Positions 55,287-64,000 of a stretch of 64,000 nucleotides of DNA are shown in pieces. Numbering within the stretch: position 1 is the stretch's first letter; every line of letters begins with the position of its first letter. The notes beneath the pieces are model-generated. The model was given only the letters and a program-made list of their open reading frames with translations. It was not told the DNA's origin and did no database searches. Origin of the DNA: Candidatus Multivoradales bacterium (GTDB lineage Bacteria > Acidobacteriota > Thermoanaerobaculia > Multivoradales > JAHEKO01); the NCBI GenBank assembly GCA_965223855.1, contig CBDCXM010000009.1:128001-192000 (forward strand), given 5' to 3'. The translations under genes and the position numbers were made by a program.

Positions 55287-58181
55287 ATGAATCGACGCAG
55301 AGTCTCAGCAGTTTTTGCCTGTCTCGTGGCGAGCCTGCTCGTGCTGACACCGGCTTCGGCCCAACAGGTGCTCGGCTCGATCGGCGGCTACGTCACCGAC
55401 GACAGCGGCGCGGCGCTTCCCGGAGTGACGGTCACCGTCTCCAACGACGACACCGGTGCTTCCCGCGTCATCAGTACCAACGAAGCCGGCCTCTATCGGG
55501 CCAGCGGCCTCCAGGCCGGCAACTACACGGTGACGACCGAGCTCGACGGCTTCCAGAGCGTTCGCCGCGAGAACGTCGTCCTTCAGATCGCACAGGACAT
55601 CGCGATCAACATCGAGATGGCGGTCGGATCGGTCGAAGACGCGATCACGGTGACCGCAGAGTCGCCGCTGATCGAGGTCAGCCGCTCGAGCGCCGCCAGC
55701 TACATCAGTGAGAAGGAGATCGAGGCGCTGCCGATCGCCGGCCGCGACTTCACCGACTTCGCCCTCCTGACACCGACGGTGCAGCGCGATCCGGTCCGTG
55801 GCTTCCTGACGATGAGCGGCCAGCGCGGCATCTACACCGGCATGAACATCGACGGCACGTCGGGCAAGAGCGCCTTCTTCGGCTACGGCCGGGGCGGTGA
55901 GGCGACCGAGAACGACGGCCTCGTCGTCGCTCAGGACTCCGTCAAGGAGTTCCAGGTGATCACCAACGGCTTCGCTCCCGAGTACGGTGCCAACGGTGGC
56001 GGCTACATCAACGTAATCACCCAGTCGGGCACCAACGACCTCAAGGGCTCTGCCTTCTACTACTTCACCGACGACTCGATGACCGCCGACCTGCCGTCGT
56101 CGCCGCTCGACAACTTCAACGGCCGGGACGGCAGTCGCAGCCCCGACGAGTTCGAGCGCACCAACTACGGCGCCTCTCTCGGCGGCGCGTTCGTGCAGGA
56201 CAAGACGCACTTCTTCCTGTCGATCGACCAGAGCGACCGCGATTCCCCGTTCATCCGCAGCATCGACACTCCCGGTCTCTATGACGCGATCATCGCGCAG
56301 GACGCCGTGATCCCGGGTCTTGCGGATCTCGTGTCGGACTACACCCGCAACGCCGACGGCACCGCCTCGGGCCTCTTCAATCGCAACGTCGACAACCGGA
56401 TCATCTTCTTCAAGATCGACCAGCAGTTCAACGACTCGCACAGCGGTACCTTCCGGGTCAACAACACCGACTACGAGCGCACCAGCACCTTCAAGGACGA
56501 GGAGTCGCTGAAGGTCGAGGACACCCGCTCGTTCGTCGCCTCGGTCGTCTCGGTGCTCGGCGGCAACAAGGTCAACGAGTTCCGGATTCAGTCGGCGACC
56601 GACGATCTCGATCGCCAGTCGCTGCGCGTCGGAGGCCAGATCGAAGCGCAGGTGCAGTTCCGCTTCGACGAGTTCGACCAGATCGGCAAGTTCGACTTCC
56701 TGCCGATCATCGCGGAAGAGGACAAGCTGCAGATCCAGAACAGCTTCTCCTACATCTTCGGCAACCACGACCTCAAGTTCGGCATCGACTATCAGAAGGA
56801 CGATCTCGCTCAGGTCTTCAAGGGGAGCTCGGACGGTCGCTACCGTTTCAACTCCCTCGAGGACTTCATGAACAACGATCCGTCCTCGGTGCGCATCTAC
56901 TTCGGCAACGTCGCGTTCCCGAACTACGACGAGGCTCAGACGCTGACCGCGATCTACGCTCAGGACTCGTACCGGCCCAACTCGAAGCTGACGCTCAACT
57001 ACGGCTTCCGCTTCGGTCAGACCGACAATCCGAGCGGGCTGACGCACGTCTTCGACATCGGCCGGAGCATTCCGGACGACACCGACAACTTCGCGCCGCG
57101 CTTCGGCTTCGCCTATCAGCTCGGCGACGACGGCTCGCAGGTCATCCGCGGCGGCATCGGCCTCTTCTACGGCCGCACGCCGACGCTGCTGTTCGCCAGC
57201 CAGGTGCAGGAGAACGGCCTGTTCCCCAACTTCGGCCGCGTGACCATCGGCCCCGGCGACATCGGCTACGTGCCTCTCGGCCAGCCGATCGACAACACCA
57301 ACCCGCCGCCGGACACGATCCCGTCGACGAGCTACCTCGAGCCCGGCTTCCAGGACCCCGAGACCACCCGCATCAACCTCGGTTACGAGCGCGAGCTCGG
57401 CACCAGCGGTTGGTCGGCCGGCGTCGACGCGGTCTATGCCGACGGCAAGAACCTGCAGTCGAACGTCGATCTCAACAAGGAGCAGCTGGCCTACGACGAG
57501 TTCGGCCGTCCGCGCTTCTCGTTCTCGCGTCCCGATTCCAACTTCAACCAGATCTTCGTCCGCCGCTCGATCGGCGAGTCCGAGTACAGCGCGCTCACCT
57601 TCAAGGTGAATCGCCGGTTCCGCGGCCGCTATCAGCTTCAGGCGCACTACACCTGGTCGGAGGACAAGTCGACCGACGACAACGAGCGCAGCGCCACGAG
57701 CGTCACCGTCTCGGACCCGACCAACCCGGGCTACGACTACGGTCTCTCGGACCGCGACGTCACCGACCGGCTGGTCGTGAGCGGCCTCGTCGATCTGCCG
57801 TGGAAGCTGCGTCTTTCCGGTAGCGCCGAGTACCGCTCCGGCACGCCGTACACGGGGATCGACTCCGACAACGACTTCGACTACTGCGGTTCGGGTTTCG
57901 GCAACTGCCCGGACACCCGCGCCGTCGTCGGTGGGCGTGTCGTGCCGCGCAACTCGTTCCGCAACGAGTCGGTGCAGCGGGTCGATGTCCGCCTGGCGCG
58001 TTCGTTCGCTATCGGCAAGGTCGATCTCGATCTCTTCTACGAGGCGTTCAACCTGTTCGACGACAACAGCTTCTCCGTCGGCGGCGGTCAGAACGATCCG
58101 TCCGAGGAGGATTTTGGCCTCGGCGACGACCTCATCACTCAGCCGCAGACCTTCCAGTGGGGCGTTCGCATCCGCTACTAG
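55287..58181 (+). CDS. Oar-like TonB-dependent receptor with N-terminal carboxypeptidase regulatory-like domain
   Basis: G.VTD.SGAALPGVTV, LPIAGRDF..FALLTP, SVKEFQV.TNGFAPEYG..GG.INVIT.SGTN, NFAPRFGFAY, EAFNLF, Q.GVRIRY; AAGGAG RBS. Confidence 0.94.
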   Translation: MNRRRVSAVFACLVASLLVLTPASAQQVLGSIGGYVTDDSGAALPGVTVTVSNDDTGASRVISTNEAGLYRASGLQAGNYTVTTELDGFQSVRRENVVLQIAQDIAINIEMAVGSVEDAITVTAESPLIEVSRSSAASYISEKEIEALPIAGRDFTDFALLTPTVQRDPVRGFLTMSGQRGIYTGMNIDGTSGKSAFFGYGRGGEATENDGLVVAQDSVKEFQVITNGFAPEYGANGGGYINVITQSGTNDLKGSAFYYFTDDSMTADLPSSPLDNFNGRDGSRSPDEFERTNYGASLGGAFVQDKTHFFLSIDQSDRDSPFIRSIDTPGLYDAIIAQDAVIPGLADLVSDYTRNADGTASGLFNRNVDNRIIFFKIDQQFNDSHSGTFRVNNTDYERTSTFKDEESLKVEDTRSFVASVVSVLGGNKVNEFRIQSATDDLDRQSLRVGGQIEAQVQFRFDEFDQIGKFDFLPIIAEEDKLQIQNSFSYIFGNHDLKFGIDYQKDDLAQVFKGSSDGRYRFNSLEDFMNNDPSSVRIYFGNVAFPNYDEAQTLTAIYAQDSYRPNSKLTLNYGFRFGQTDNPSGLTHVFDIGRSIPDDTDNFAPRFGFAYQLGDDGSQVIRGGIGLFYGRTPTLLFASQVQENGLFPNFGRVTIGPGDIGYVPLGQPIDNTNPPPDTIPSTSYLEPGFQDPETTRINLGYERELGTSGWSAGVDAVYADGKNLQSNVDLNKEQLAYDEFGRPRFSFSRPDSNFNQIFVRRSIGESEYSALTFKVNRRFRGRYQLQAHYTWSEDKSTDDNERSATSVTVSDPTNPGYDYGLSDRDVTDRLVVSGLVDLPWKLRLSGSAEYRSGTPYTGIDSDNDFDYCGSGFGNCPDTRAVVGGRVVPRNSFRNESVQRVDVRLARSFAIGKVDLDLFYEAFNLFDDNSFSVGGGQNDPSEEDFGLGDDLITQPQTFQWGVRIRY

Positions 58182-58203
58182 GTCTCGACCGAGCAGTCCT
58201 TTC

Positions 58204-58234
58204 ACGGCGGCCTCCTCCGGGGGCCGCCGTTTTT
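58204..58234 (+). terminator. Rho-independent terminator
   Basis: ACGGCGGCCTCC-TCC-GGGGGCCGCCGT followed by TTTT. Confidence 0.85.
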
Positions 58235-58305
58235 CTATTGCCGGAGCCCGATTCGGATCGCCTTGGAACCGGCCGGCGGAGAGATGCTCGTCGGGCGCTC
58301 CCTTG

Positions 58306-59931
58306 TCAGTGAGACGTGGCGAGGATGAAACGCCGGCCGCAGCGAAGACGCTCGAAGCGAACTCGCCGACCGTCGAGGTGGCTCACCTCGAGAGTCGTCT
58401 CGTCTCGACCGCACGCCAGCACGACCTCGGCCGCGCTCTGGGAGAGGTAGCTCGGCGCTCTCTCGAGCCCTCGGTGCTGGCCGTCATCGGTTCTCCACCT
58501 CGAGTGCCAGAGGTCGATCGACTCGCGGGCGAAGGTGATCGAAACCGATCGTCCGCTCCCCGCACGGTTGTCGAGAACGAGTGCCGGGCCGCCGTTCTGA
58601 GTGAGAACGAGGTCTACATCGCCGTCCCGGTCGAGATCGCCGGCCGCAAGGCCTCGACCGACGAGGGCGGGGTAGCCGCTGTCTCTCTCCTCGAACCGGC
58701 CGTCGCCGTCGTTGACGAAGAACTGCAACGGCTGAGCGTGGCGAAGGGCCGGATCGAACTCCGCGATGTTGTCGATGATGTGGCCGTTGGCAACCGCGAG
58801 GTCGAGGTCTCCGTCGAGGTCGAGGTCGGCCATCACGGTACCGAAGCCCACCCAGGGCCGGCTCGGGACTCCGAGACCGGCAGCGTCTGTGGCGTCGAGA
58901 AAGAGGCCGGCCGCGGCGCCGCGATAGAGGGTGTTGGTCTCTTCGTCCAGGTGGGTCGAGAAGAGCTCGGGCCGCCCGTCGCCGTCGAGATCCCCGGCGG
59001 CCAGACCCATGCTGGCCTCCCCCTCTCCGTTGCCGTTGACGGCGAGACCGGCCAGCAGCGCCCCCTCGATCAGCCTCCCATCGCGCACCCGATAGAGGTA
59101 GTTGGCCGTCGTGTCGTTGGCAACGTAGAGATCGATCGTGCCGTCGAGGTCGAGATCGGCCGCGAGAACTCCCAGCCCCCTGCCCTCGTCGCCCTCCATC
59201 ACACCGACCTCGTCATCGAGAGAGGTCCAGGTTCCGTCGCCCTCGTTGCGATAGACGACGTCACGCGCTCCGCGGTAGAGGTCGGGGTGGCAGAAGGCGC
59301 GCAGCCCGGTCTGCGCGTTGCCGCAGAAGAGCGCCCCTTCGGCCTCGAACTCGACGTAGGAGGCGACGTAGAGATCCAGATCGCCGTCGCTCTCAAGGTC
59401 GAAGAACGCCGCACCGGTGCTCCACAAGTCTCCCGAAGCGGTATCGAGTCGCTCGAAGGACCCGTCCCCGCCATTTCGATAGAGGACGTTGGGGCCGTAG
59501 TTCGTCACGTAGAGGTCGGGCCAACCGTCTCCGTCGACGTCGCCGACCACCACGCCCATGCCGAGTCCGAGATCGCCGAGCCCCGAGCTTTGCGTTCGGT
59601 CGACGAAGGTGCCGTCATCCTGCTGCTCGAGCAGCAGGTTGCCCCGCCAACGCTGCGGGCCGGCCGCTTCCACCGGAGCCCCCTGCACGAGATAGAGGTC
59701 GAGGTCACCGTCGAGGTCGTAGTCGAAAATCGCCACGCCGGCACCCATGTTCTCGGGCATGTGCTTCTCGCCTGTCTGGAAGGTGCGATGCTCGAAGATC
59801 ACTCCGCGCTCGACGGCTACATCGACGAAGGCGAGCGTCTCACCCCCTTCGGCACCTCCTGCAGCTACAGCAAACCCGGAGGTCAGGAGCGCCCCCAGGC
59901 CAGCCCGTCGGAAGATCGATGCGCGCCGCAC
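58306..59931 (-). CDS. CRTAC1/ASPIC-UnbV family FG-GAP repeat protein
   Basis: F.DVA...G..F.H, E.MGAGVA.FDYD.DGDLDLY, repeated D.D.DG..DL(Y/F), N.LYRN.GDG.F, GRGLAAGDLD.DGD.D, SYLSQS. Confidence 0.92.
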   Translation of the reverse strand: MRRASIFRRAGLGALLTSGFAVAAGGAEGGETLAFVDVAVERGVIFEHRTFQTGEKHMPENMGAGVAIFDYDLDGDLDLYLVQGAPVEAAGPQRWRGNLLLEQQDDGTFVDRTQSSGLGDLGLGMGVVVGDVDGDGWPDLYVTNYGPNVLYRNGGDGSFERLDTASGDLWSTGAAFFDLESDGDLDLYVASYVEFEAEGALFCGNAQTGLRAFCHPDLYRGARDVVYRNEGDGTWTSLDDEVGVMEGDEGRGLGVLAADLDLDGTIDLYVANDTTANYLYRVRDGRLIEGALLAGLAVNGNGEGEASMGLAAGDLDGDGRPELFSTHLDEETNTLYRGAAAGLFLDATDAAGLGVPSRPWVGFGTVMADLDLDGDLDLAVANGHIIDNIAEFDPALRHAQPLQFFVNDGDGRFEERDSGYPALVGRGLAAGDLDRDGDVDLVLTQNGGPALVLDNRAGSGRSVSITFARESIDLWHSRWRTDDGQHRGLERAPSYLSQSAAEVVLACGRDETTLEVSHLDGRRVRFERLRCGRRFILATSH

Positions 59932-59975
59932 GCACCGACTCTAGCCCGTCCTTCGAACGCCGCCGTCCGTCGGAG

Positions 59976-61418
59976 CTATCCGTCGCCGGTCGGCTCGCCC
60001 AGGGCTCTAAGGGCCTCGAGCTGTTCCCGGCTCTCTTCGAAGCGCTCGAGGTCGGAGAGCACCGCGGCGTACTCCTGGCGCAGATTGGAGCTTTCGAAGC
60101 CGAGAGTGAGCGCGCGGCCGAAGGCCTCGGCCGCAGGGGGCAATCGGCCGGCGCGAGCGAGCGCACTTCCAAGCAGCGCCCACCCCTCCCCGAACCCCGG
60201 CTCCATCACGAGGAGGTGTTCCGCGGCCGTCACCGCCTCCACGGCAAGACCGGAAGCGAGAGAGAAGGAGGCGACGAGGAAAACCGCCTCCGCATCCGTC
60301 GGGTCGAGCGCCGCCGCCTTGCCCGCGGCCTTGCGGGCATCGTCGGCGCGGCCCTGAGCGTAGAGAAGCTTCGACCGCAGCACCCAGAAGCGCGGTTCCT
60401 CGTCCCCCGCCTCTCCCGCTGCGTCGAGGCGTGCCCAGGCCTCTGCCGGCTTCCCCGCAACGGCGAGCTGCTGTGCCTCGTTGAGGGTGGTGCCGAGTTC
60501 GCGCTCGAGGCGGCGCTCGCCCTGATCCCGTTCTTCGAGTTCCCGGTAGCGCTCTAGCGCCCGAGCCGCACCGTCGCCGTCCCCTTGCTGCTGGAGGGCG
60601 GCACCGAGACGGAACCAGACCTGCGCTTCGTCCGGCAGCTGCTCGCTCGCCGCTCTCAGCTGGTCGGTCGCCTCCTGCCAGCGGCCGAGCTCGCCGAGCA
60701 GTCGGCCGTACTCGAGTCGGGCGCGACCCTCGTTCGCCGCTCCGGCTTCGAGCGCACTCTCGAAGATGCCTGGCGCCTCCTCGCGGCGAGCGGGCAGTGC
60801 CGCCAGTGACAACGCGCGAACGAGGAGCACATCGCCGGACGTCGTCGGGCCCGCCACCGCCGCCAGCGCCGCCTCCGGCGCCCCCGCTGAGAGGTGGAGC
60901 AGTCCGAGCTCACGTCTCAGGGCGTCCGCCCCGGCTCCCCCGCCCACGGCTTCGAGCCCTTCCTCCAGGATCGCGATCGCCGCCTCACCGCGTCCCAGGT
61001 CACGCTCGACGAGAGCTGCCGCCAGGTGGCAGTCGAACTGAGTCGGTAGCGCCCTTCGACAGTTTGCAAGAGCCTCGAGCCCCGGGGCGACTCGCCCGCC
61101 GGCCACCAACGCGCGGCCCAGAGCGCGTTGCGCCGAGCCGTAGAAAGGCGTCCCCTCGGTCGCGAGGTCGACGGCCGCGCGCGCCGCGCGCAGAGCGGCC
61201 GCCACATCGCCCTCGCCCTCCGCCGACGCCGCCAGTCCCAACCACGCCTCGACCGAGGACGGATCCTCGGCCAGGGCACCCTCGAAATGCCGGCGCGCGG
61301 TCGGGTAGTCGCCGCGATCCAGCGCCTCGAGTCCTGTCGTCGGCTGCCCCGCGGCCGACAAGGCCGTCAGCAGACCGAGGAGCACGACGGCTACTGAGCC
61401 GAGACGAACCCGCACCAA
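59976..61418 (-). CDS. Exported tetratricopeptide repeat protein
   Basis: Signal peptide; repeated A...F..AL..DP....AW..LA/LG helical pattern. Confidence 0.85.
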   Translation of the reverse strand: MVRVRLGSVAVVLLGLLTALSAAGQPTTGLEALDRGDYPTARRHFEGALAEDPSSVEAWLGLAASAEGEGDVAAALRAARAAVDLATEGTPFYGSAQRALGRALVAGGRVAPGLEALANCRRALPTQFDCHLAAALVERDLGRGEAAIAILEEGLEAVGGGAGADALRRELGLLHLSAGAPEAALAAVAGPTTSGDVLLVRALSLAALPARREEAPGIFESALEAGAANEGRARLEYGRLLGELGRWQEATDQLRAASEQLPDEAQVWFRLGAALQQQGDGDGAARALERYRELEERDQGERRLERELGTTLNEAQQLAVAGKPAEAWARLDAAGEAGDEEPRFWVLRSKLLYAQGRADDARKAAGKAAALDPTDAEAVFLVASFSLASGLAVEAVTAAEHLLVMEPGFGEGWALLGSALARAGRLPPAAEAFGRALTLGFESSNLRQEYAAVLSDLERFEESREQLEALRALGEPTGDG

Positions 61419-61429
61419 CGCTCCGCGGA

Positions 61430-62431
61430 TCAGACCTGCCCGGAGGGGCGGAACAGCTCGTCGTGCACCCGCAGGGCGTAGCGATCGCTCATCCCGGCGA
61501 CGAAGTCGATCACCTGGAGTCGCTCGGAGGCCTCGGCGTGCTTGTAGCTGTCAGGCACCTCCTCCGGGTGCTCGAGGAAGTAGTCGACGAGGTCGCGGAT
61601 CAGCTTGACCGCCTTCTGCGCCTGGCGCTCGCTCTCCGGCCGCAGGTAGACGTTCTCGAACATGAAGTCGCGGAAGCGGTGCATCTCGCCGAGCGCCTCC
61701 TCCTCCATCGCCAGCTCACCGGCCGCGAGCGAGCCGTCGATCACGGCCCGCACCATGACGGAGATCCACTCGCCGCCCGGCTCGCCGAAGCGCGCCACCG
61801 CGCTCTGCGGGATGTCGGAACGATCGAGGATGCCGGCGCGCATGGCGTCGAACATGTCGTGCACCAGGTAGGCGATGCGGTCGGCGAACCGGCAGATCCC
61901 CCCTTCCGGCGTCGCCGGGCCCGGATCGATCTTCCAGGTATGGGCGCGGATGCCGTCGAGCACCTCCCACGAGAGGTTCAACGGCTCGAGGACGTCCAAG
62001 ACCCGCACGCTCTGCTCGGCGTGCAGCCACTCCCCGTCGACGTAGGGGGAGAGGGCCACTTCGCCGGTGTGGCCGAACGGCGGGTGGCCGACCTCGTGGC
62101 CGAGGCAGATCGCCTCCGCCAGTGGCTCGTTGAGCCCCAGCGCCACCGCAAGGGAACGACCGATCTGGGTCACCTGCAGGGTGTGGGTCAACCGGGTGAC
62201 GAAGTGATCGCCCTCCGGATTGATGAAGACCTGAGTCTTGTGCTTCAGGCGCCGGAACGACTTGGAGTGGTAGATGCGGTCGCGGTCGCGCTCGAACGCG
62301 GTCCGCACCGGGTCCGGCTCCTCGGCCTCGCGGCGACCCCTGGAGTCGGCGGCGCGTGTGGCGCTCGGTGCCAGCAGCTCACGCTCCAGTTGCTCTCTGT
62401 TCTCCCGCGTCCGGTACAGAAACTCACTCAC
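61430..62431 (-). CDS. dgt: dGTP triphosphohydrolase-like HD-domain protein
   Basis: RTAFERDRDRI.HSKSFRRLKHKTQVF, TRLTHTL, GHEVGHPPFGH.GE, ADRIAY..HD..DA, DFVAGMSDRYA; GTG start 62431 overlaps the phnE stop. Confidence 0.9.
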   Translation of the reverse strand: MSEFLYRTRENREQLERELLAPSATRAADSRGRREAEEPDPVRTAFERDRDRIYHSKSFRRLKHKTQVFINPEGDHFVTRLTHTLQVTQIGRSLAVALGLNEPLAEAICLGHEVGHPPFGHTGEVALSPYVDGEWLHAEQSVRVLDVLEPLNLSWEVLDGIRAHTWKIDPGPATPEGGICRFADRIAYLVHDMFDAMRAGILDRSDIPQSAVARFGEPGGEWISVMVRAVIDGSLAAGELAMEEEALGEMHRFRDFMFENVYLRPESERQAQKAVKLIRDLVDYFLEHPEEVPDSYKHAEASERLQVIDFVAGMSDRYALRVHDELFRPSGQV

Positions 62432-63209
62432 GAACCAATCTCTCCCGAATCGACCCCGACAGCGCGTCGACCGCAAGCACGACGAGGACGGTCACGACGA
62501 CAACTGCTCCAGCCTGTGCGAACTCGCGGTAGCGCAGAGTGTTGAGGAGGACACCGCCGATCCCGCCGGCGCCGACCACCCCGAGGACCGCCGAGGCGCG
62601 CAGATTGATCTCGAAGCGGAAGAGCCAGATCGCGACGATCTCCGCCATCACCTGCGGCAGGACGGCGAACCGTAGCACGGAGAGCGAGCCCCCTCCAGAG
62701 GCGGTCACCGCCTCGACCGGGCGGGCATCCATCGACTCGACGACGTCTGCCGTCAGCTTGCCGAGGGTGCCCACGGAGTGGAGGCCGACCGCAAGGGTTC
62801 CGGCGAAGGCGCCCAGACCGACGACCGGCACGAAGTAGATCGCCAGCAGGATCTCCGGCACGGCGCGAATCATCGCCAGTACCGGCTTGAGCAACCGGGA
62901 GAGACGCGGGAAGAGATTGCTCGCCGCCGCCAGCCCTAGCGGCAGACTCAGCGCCGCACCGACGATGGTGCCGAACCAGGCGATCTGGATCGACTCGAGA
63001 ATCGCCGGCACGACCGACTGACGGCCGTACTCGACGTCCGGGGGGAAGAAGAGGCCGGCGAGGCGCGCCAGCGTCTTCGGCAGGCCGGCGAGCCGCCTGC
63101 CGTCGATGTCGAGACCCGCGGCCGCCCACAGCATGAGGCCGAGAAGCACCACGCCGAGCCAGACGCTCGCAGGAATGCCGCGCCGCCGCGGGATCGCCGT
63201 CGTGCTCAC
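62424..63209 (-). CDS. phnE: Phosphonate/phosphite ABC transporter permease PhnE
   Basis: LESIQIA..GT, IRAVPE, GKL.AD.VE, RFEINLRASAVLGVVGAGGIG; GTG start 63209 overlaps the upstream phnE stop. Confidence 0.92.
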   Translation of the reverse strand: MSTTAIPRRRGIPASVWLGVVLLGLMLWAAAGLDIDGRRLAGLPKTLARLAGLFFPPDVEYGRQSVVPAILESIQIAWFGTIVGAALSLPLGLAAASNLFPRLSRLLKPVLAMIRAVPEILLAIYFVPVVGLGAFAGTLAVGLHSVGTLGKLTADVVESMDARPVEAVTASGGGSLSVLRFAVLPQVMAEIVAIWLFRFEINLRASAVLGVVGAGGIGGVLLNTLRYREFAQAGAVVVVTVLVVLAVDALSGSIRERLVRE

Positions 63210-64000
63210 ACCAGCCTCCGCCGCGCCGCCGCCGAAAGCTGCTCGATCACCAGCACGACGAGGAAGACGAACAGCACGATCATCGTCACCCGGTCGTACT
63301 GGAAGGTCGTCCGCTGCGTGTTGAGCACCATGCCGATTCCGCCGGCGCCGACGAGGCCGAGGACGGTCGAGGCGCGCACGTTGAGTTCGAAGGCGTAGAG
63401 AACGTAGGAGACGTACTGCGGCAGGAACTGCGGGTAACCCGAGAAGCGCACCATCTCTAGCCAGTTGCCGCCGCTCGCCCGCACCGCCTCGGTGAGCTTC
63501 ATGTCGATCGACTCGATCGACTCGGCGGTGAGCTTCGAGACCACCGCGACGGTGAAGACGATCAGGGCGAGACTGCCGGCGAACGGGCCGAAGCCGACGG
63601 CGCTGGCGAAGAGCATCGCCCAGAACAGATCGGGCATCGTCCGCAACACGTTCATGACGTTGCGGTGGAACCAGAAGAGCGGCTTCGACGGCGAGAGGTT
63701 GCGCGCAGCGAGGATCGCCAGCGGCAGCGCTACGAGACTCCCCAGGATCGTGCCGATGACGGCGATCTGGAGCGTCTCGATGAACGGCCCGATGAGCCGC
63801 GGCCAGAAGTTCCAGGCGGGCGGGAACGACTCGGCGATCAGGCGATCCATCTTGCCGAGGTTGCCGAAGAGCTCCGTGAACGAGAAGCCGATGCCGCGCG
63901 CCGACCAGACCGTCAGGGCGCCCAGAACCAGCGCCGCCAGCGACGCGGCCGCCCAACGGCGGGTGCGGTCCGGCGGCTGCGGGCGGGAGTTCGACTCGCT
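63206..64000 (-). CDS. phnE: Phosphonate/phosphite ABC transporter permease PhnE (5'-truncated by window edge)
   Basis: ETLQIA..GT, LRTMPDL.WA, KL.AESIE, FELNVRASTVLGLVGAGGIG; frame stays open to the window end. Confidence 0.92.
   Translation of the reverse strand, partial: SESNSRPQPPDRTRRWAAASLAALVLGALTVWSARGIGFSFTELFGNLGKMDRLIAESFPPAWNFWPRLIGPFIETLQIAVIGTILGSLVALPLAILAARNLSPSKPLFWFHRNVMNVLRTMPDLFWAMLFASAVGFGPFAGSLALIVFTVAVVSKLTAESIESIDMKLTEAVRASGGNWLEMVRFSGYPQFLPQYVSYVLYAFELNVRASTVLGLVGAGGIGMVLNTQRTTFQYDRVTMIVLFVFLVVLVIEQLSAAARRRLV

Noticed and set aside
57931-60357. 808-aa + strand ORF and similar long antisense ORFs (24940..27225, 52919..55009, 55305..58205)
   Set aside because: Each lies antisense to a well-supported gene and has no recognisable motif.
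62424-63956. 510-aa ORF suggesting a fused double PhnE
   Set aside because: The N-terminal half is off-frame over the upstream phnE; these are two genes with a GTGA overlap.

Overview
High-GC bacterial chromosomal window, probably Acidobacteriota (inferred from the Oar-like TonB receptor, CRTAC1/TPR pair and general gene repertoire). Left end: a minus-strand complex I-like operon nuoA-B-C-D-H-I-J-K-L-M(truncated) without nuoEFG. Its NuoL has an extra 27-residue repeat in the lateral helix (a '2M'-type signature), and a MidA/NDUFAF7-family methyltransferase lies directly upstream. Next come split ADP-heptose genes with a heptosyltransferase, a B12-binding radical SAM enzyme, ClC-CBS-RCK_C, pilB, PduO and a PabB-PabC fusion. 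An M16 peptidase pair follows, then a ~3270-aa secreted SdrD-B/GEVED protein ending in a PorU/C25-like peptidase module. The right half holds an SPFH-HTH/zinc-ribbon pair, an ECF sigma/FecR/TonB-receptor locus whose cognate promoter can be read from the sequence, ugd/UXS-like genes, two TonB-dependent receptors, CRTAC1, TPR, a dGTPase-like HD protein and two phnE permeases. Two unrelated structured intergenic repeat pairs occur at about 3.9 kb and 49.9 kb; the second shows covariation and a possible pseudoknot. Two genes carry apparent single-base frameshifts. No rRNA, tRNA, CRISPR array or transposase was seen. All family calls come from motif recognition by eye, not database searches.
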